Both the position numbers and the translations under genes were made by a program. Source: Phyllobates terribilis (Eukaryota). Taken from it: a stretch of DNA of 64,000 nt. The stretch spans positions 69,378,001-69,442,000 of the forward strand of contig NW_027362761.1 in NCBI RefSeq assembly GCF_046119375.1, in the 5' to 3' direction. A model generated the notes under the pieces. That model was not told the origin of the DNA, did not search any database, and was given only the letters and a program-made list of their open reading frames with translations. Positions 61,959-64,000 of the stretch are shown one piece after another; the first letter of the stretch is position 1, and every line of letters starts with the position of its first letter.

Positions 61959-62545
61959 TGTAGCGCTGCGGCCGATGCCTCTGCATGGTGTCCTCGGCAT
62001 GCTTCCTCCTCTCTGCTGTGCACGCCACACTGTGTGCCGGTGGCGCGCCTAGCTAGAGCTCCTCTGCTCTCAAAGGGGCAGGGCGTGCATTTGGTAAATG
62101 CCCCCAGCTAACATCTTGTATAAAACGCACCCTCCCAAATTGGGAGGTGCCTGAGCAACCCCTATAGTTCCTGTTAGTTGGTTTGGTGTGTGCAACTGTA
62201 TGTTGCCAGGTCCCCCGTCCCTACTCTGTTAAAGTTATTCCCATATCCTGTGTCCCATTAGTCCAGTATAGTTTGCCCATGTTCCTGTGACCGCTTCGGC
62301 GGTGTCCTTATACTGAAACCGCATTCTGCTACCCAGGGGCTGAATACCCAGGCCTGAACCCTGACCTGTAACGGCATCCGCGGTATCTGTACCCTGTGGC
62401 CGCATTGGCAGTACAAGAACTGTTACCCGAGACCTGTGTGTACCCGTCCCAGTGGCCGTCCTGTCCGCACAGTCTCAACCCGTCCCAGTGGCCGTCCTGT
62501 CCGCACAGTCTCAACCCGTCCCAGTGGCCGTCCTGTCTCCATGTT
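61959..62545 (+). mobile_element. 5' part of an LTR of the same superfamily as 5980-7548, with a 36 bp repeat x2.5 at 62443-62540
   Basis: Starts TGTAGCG. TATAAAA followed by GGAGGTGCCTGAGCAAC, the reverse complement of 7289-7305. Confidence 0.6.
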
Positions 62546-62716
62546 CCTTCATGGTTTTATGTCCTTCAGACTGAATCTCCAAACTTAATAATCCTAAACT
62601 GCATACAGTAATAACAGACAAAAAAAGAGGGAAATATTGTGTAGATACCAAAAATGGATCTACATATGTCACACAAGCATATAATATAAGTGCGCTAGGA
62701 ATCAATGTAAGAGGAT

Positions 62717-64000
62717 TAGTGATGAGCGAGCACTAAAATGCTCAAGTGCTCGGCACTCGAATCGAGCTGGTCGGACGCTCTGACCCGCTTGACTCGAGTA
62801 CCGAGTATAATGGAAGTCAATGGGAAACCCGAGCCTTTTACAGGCAGACCCTAGAAGGAGGACGGGTGTGGTGGTGGAGGGGGGGGGGGGGCAGAAATCA
62901 ACCGCGTGGCCCAGTTGAACAGATGTAAATTGAAAATAAATATTCACTACTCCCCACGCCCACCTCTCGGCGTCTGTGAAGACTTTTACTATCATTGGCC
63001 CAGCGATGAGAGGTGGACAAGGGGAGCAGTGAATATCGATTTTCAATTTACATCTGATTAACTGGGCAGTGAGCGGCGCTCACTCCTCCGGTGCGAACAG
63101 TAAAAAAAAAAAAAAAAACACACACAACGACATGGGGCCCCCCCATTTTTAATAATCAGCTAAGGGAAAGCAGACAATTCTGGTGCTTAGCCTCGGCTCT
63201 TCCCGATTGCAATGGTGCGTTGGCAATCGAGGTAATATTTTTGGGATTGATGTCAGCAGCTGGCGCTGACATCAAGCCCAGTGGTTAGTAATGGAGAGGC
63301 GTCTGTCAGACACCCCCATTACTTTTTATTTTTAGGCTGGTAAGGGCCCAATAACCAATATTAATATCAGCTCCCAGCTGTCTGCTTTGCCTTTGCTGGT
63401 TATAAAAAATGGGGGACCCTAAAAAAAAATGACATGGAGTCCTCCCCATTTTTGATAACCAGCAAAGGCAAAGCAGACAGCTGTGAGCTGATATTAATAG
63501 GCTGGGAAGGTCCATGGATATCGGGCCCTTCTCAGCCTATTAATATCAGTCCTCAGCTGTCTGCTTTCTCTTAGCTGGTTATTAAATAAAAGGGGGGACC
63601 CCACATCGTTTTATTTATTTATTTCATCTGTCAGCACAGTAGAAGTGAGAGCCGCACGCTGCCCAATTAATCAGATGTAAATTGAAAATGAGTATTCACT
63701 GCTCCCCACGCCCACCGCTCCTTGCCGGGCCAGTGATAGTAAAAATTTTCACAGGCGCCGAGAGGCGGGAGGAAAATGTGGCGAGCATCGCACCACCGGG
63801 TCTTCTATAAGAAGAATCTATTGCAGCCGGCCAATCACAGTAATGCCAGTAGCCAACATGGCTACGGCATTACTGTGTATGGCATGCAAAATGGCATTAC
63901 TGAGTATGGCATGCAAAAACTCACGTTTATTGGCTGTCTAACAGCCGCAAAACATGCAGGACGAGGACTCTAGCATGGAGCTCGAGCACCCTGATGCTCG
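62717..64000 (-). mobile_element. Non-autonomous relative of the 31485-40260 hAT element, running off the window end
   Basis: TAGTGATGAGCGAGCACTAAAATGCTC matches the reverse complement of 40234-40260. 63830-64000 resembles the reverse complement of 31560-31710. Palindromic interior. Confidence 0.88.

Overview
Eukaryotic, almost certainly anuran (frog) genomic DNA. The species is inferred only from the TE families present. The only host gene I can support is SHOC1 (C9orf84/MZIP2, meiotic crossover factor) on the + strand. Its last four coding exons are 12467-12598, 42764-42913, 43709-44381 and 45149-45246, with in-phase GT-AG splicing and a 30.2 kb TE-filled intron. The ORF track picks up only one of these exons. 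A possible opposite-strand 3' UTR exon lies near 52.4-53.3 kb. Most of the rest is nested transposable elements: a Gypsy LTR retrotransposon inside a Tc1 element and itself carrying three insertions, a truncated Ngaro-type tyrosine-recombinase retroelement, an internally deleted Gypsy, an 8.8 kb hAT element with perfect TIRs and TSD, a near-intact DD35E Tc1-like transposon, and a structurally complete DIRS1-type element (ITRs plus ICR) inside an older DIRS. There are also many MITEs, solo LTRs and minisatellites. The most unusual observations are (1) three antisense, degenerate copies of part of the hAT transposase gene inside the hAT element itself, one motif of which has become a minisatellite, (2) an unclassifiable 768 bp 1.8-mer insertion with a 9 bp TSD, (3) DIRS-into-DIRS insertion at TTT, and (4) a composite hAT/Tigger/minisatellite element present as an inverted pair. 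All family and gene assignments come from recalled motifs, not from database searches.
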